A stretch of DNA of 64,000 bases, taken from assembly GCF_041146345.1 (NCBI RefSeq), contig NW_027191404.1, positions 434,001-498,000 on the forward strand, given 5' to 3'. Below, one piece after another: positions 62,286 through 64,000 of the stretch (its first letter is position 1; each line of letters opens with the position of its first letter). Below the pieces are notes generated by a model, which was not told the origin of the DNA, searched no databases, and was given only the letters and a program-made list of their open reading frames with translations. This DNA comes from Neodothiora populina (Eukaryota). Both the position numbers and the translations under genes were made by a program.

Positions 62286-64000
62286 TCACCCCACGAGTAG
62301 TAAAATCCATCTTCCATCCTCATTGATGTCCATACCCACCCACTTACAAGTAGGATGCACGACCTCGGCCGTAGCAGCAGCACCCGAATGTGTCTTCATC
62401 AGCGTCGCGAGAGCAGTGGCGTGACGATCTAGTGCAGTAGAACCGCTATAAGGCTGTCTGGTAGGACTAGAAAGTGAAGGCATGGAAGGAGGATTAACAG
62501 GTGAACCGAACGCAGTACCGCTGTTAATGCCTGAAGTGGAGTCCACACTGTTGTTGCGGCTCGTAGCACTCATGATGCTGGCAATAACGGTATCTGGCTC
62601 GAATAGACGTTCAGCGGTGATGACTACACGCGCTATCGATGCCGACTTCTTGACGTGAGCTACGCTGGCAGATGGGGTGGGAAAGTAGGCTGCGAGAGGG
62701 TCGAAAGTGATGTCGTATTCAACGTTCGGAAGCAAATTTTGATTTACTATCTGTGAGAAGGCTGAAGCTATTGATTGCGCAACTGATTAGTGATATTTAT
62801 GAGTGGAGGAGTGGATGAGTGGATTAGTGAATCAGGGCATAGTAGCATCTAAGAAGGATTGATAAGAGTGGTTGTCATGTGAGATTTACCTTTACCTTTA
62901 GCCTTGTGCGACGGCGAGCCTCTGCTGTGTTCTGGAGAGCTTTGGACGGAGCGGGATGGTGCAGCCTTCTTGCTGCGGGAGTGCAGGATCCTGTGCAGAA
63001 ATTTCTGCTTCTGTGGCGGAGTCTCCATGGTCGAGGAGGGGCCTGTTGGGAACACGTATGTCAGTAACCGGTGAATCCATGGTATCAAGTGATTGAGTGA
63101 AGGGTGCTTACGACGCTGACTCTCACCGAGCGGAATGTTGTCACCCTCGTCGACCGAAAACCTCGCCCTCATCTCGTCGAGCCACTTGTTGACAACCAGG
63201 ACGGCAATGTCCTCCATCTCTATGATCTTAGCGCAGATGGATGGGGTGCCGCCCCTGTATCCACTCAAGCGGGACAATTCGAGCTTCTTGGCGAGGGCGT
63301 GAGTGAGCGCGCCCAGCACCGGCAGCAAGGTGAGACCGTGGTCACGGCCACCAAGCATGCTGGCCCGGATGTCGTTCAATTTCTGCACGATCTCCGCGCA
63401 CACTGTCGTTGCGGCCGTCGTGCGCGCCCTCCTTGTAAGGGGGCCAGAGAGCTCTGAGGGCGGGAGGTGGAAGAGGTCCTCGGCTGCCGACACCTGGGCG
63501 GCCATTCGCTTCTCGAAGGCTTTCTGCGGTGCGGCTCCGCCGTATATAGACCGCAGGGGGGATTCCACGGAGGCTCTGACCCAGGCAGAGGTGTGAGACG
63601 AGGCATGTGTGGGTTGTGTGCCCGCGAGGTTGCCGTCCTCATCCTCAGGTATTGGCGCCTGTCGAGCATGTCCTGCTCCGGCCACCAGCCCTCTCGCGAC
63701 TGCTCGCCCGATGTTGTCGTATCGCGCTCTATCCAATTGGGACGAGCTGCGGGCGCTGGCCTGAGTGGCACGCGAGCTGGGGCGTGTCTCCCGATTGGTC
63801 CCCTCCGATTGCGAATACACGGAGGCACTCTGGATGTCCGCAATGTCTGAGACATAGTCGAAGTCGTCGCCTGTGCGAGAGGTCCGGACAGACCCCTCAG
63901 GCATACGATCCTCGTTCTGTGCTCTAGACACATCCAGGAAGTTGAAACTTCCTCGGTATTGGCTACCGTAGGGGCCAATCGCATACTGCCCTGGATCTGG
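62286..64000 (-). CDS. Hypothetical low-complexity protein, 5'-truncated by the window; probable intron 62768-62889
   Basis: Frame open from 64000; GTAAAT...CACTAAT...TAG joins the 360-aa and 149-aa ORFs in frame; no recognised domain. Confidence 0.5.

Noticed and set aside
61850..62383. 177-aa ORF overlapping the end of the last gene
   Set aside because: Non-ATG start, no domain and no clear splice link to the upstream exon

Overview
This is a gene-dense, intron-containing window from a filamentous ascomycete. Short GT-AG introns with CTRAY branch points and the gene set suggest Pezizomycotina; the lower taxon cannot be determined from the window. About 25 protein genes were modelled by hand. 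Recognisable ones are two MFS sugar porters, a CE16 esterase, a YWTD propeller, LMW-PTP, class I chitin synthase, a 12-knuckle CCHC protein, MRC1, an FHA tail-anchored protein, RPC1, a Nop13-like RRM protein, a PhyH dioxygenase, IEC3, an isochorismatase-AlkB fusion, SRAP/HMCES, ECH1, RACK1 with intronic U24 snoRNA, a GFA protein, TFB5 (missed by the ORF track), a PY-motif membrane protein and oxalate decarboxylase. Several orphans are also present. The most striking observation is a ~1.87 kb gene-free + strand segment (47120-48990) with many hand-found helices laid out like a fungal telomerase RNA. Its candidate template ACCUAACC would specify 5-nt TTAGG repeats rather than TTAGGG. Other leads are a membrane-anchored protein with a HEPN-like RxxxxH motif, a U24 snoRNA with a rewritten D-box guide, and GW motifs on the zinc-knuckle protein. 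All family assignments are from motif recognition without database searches.
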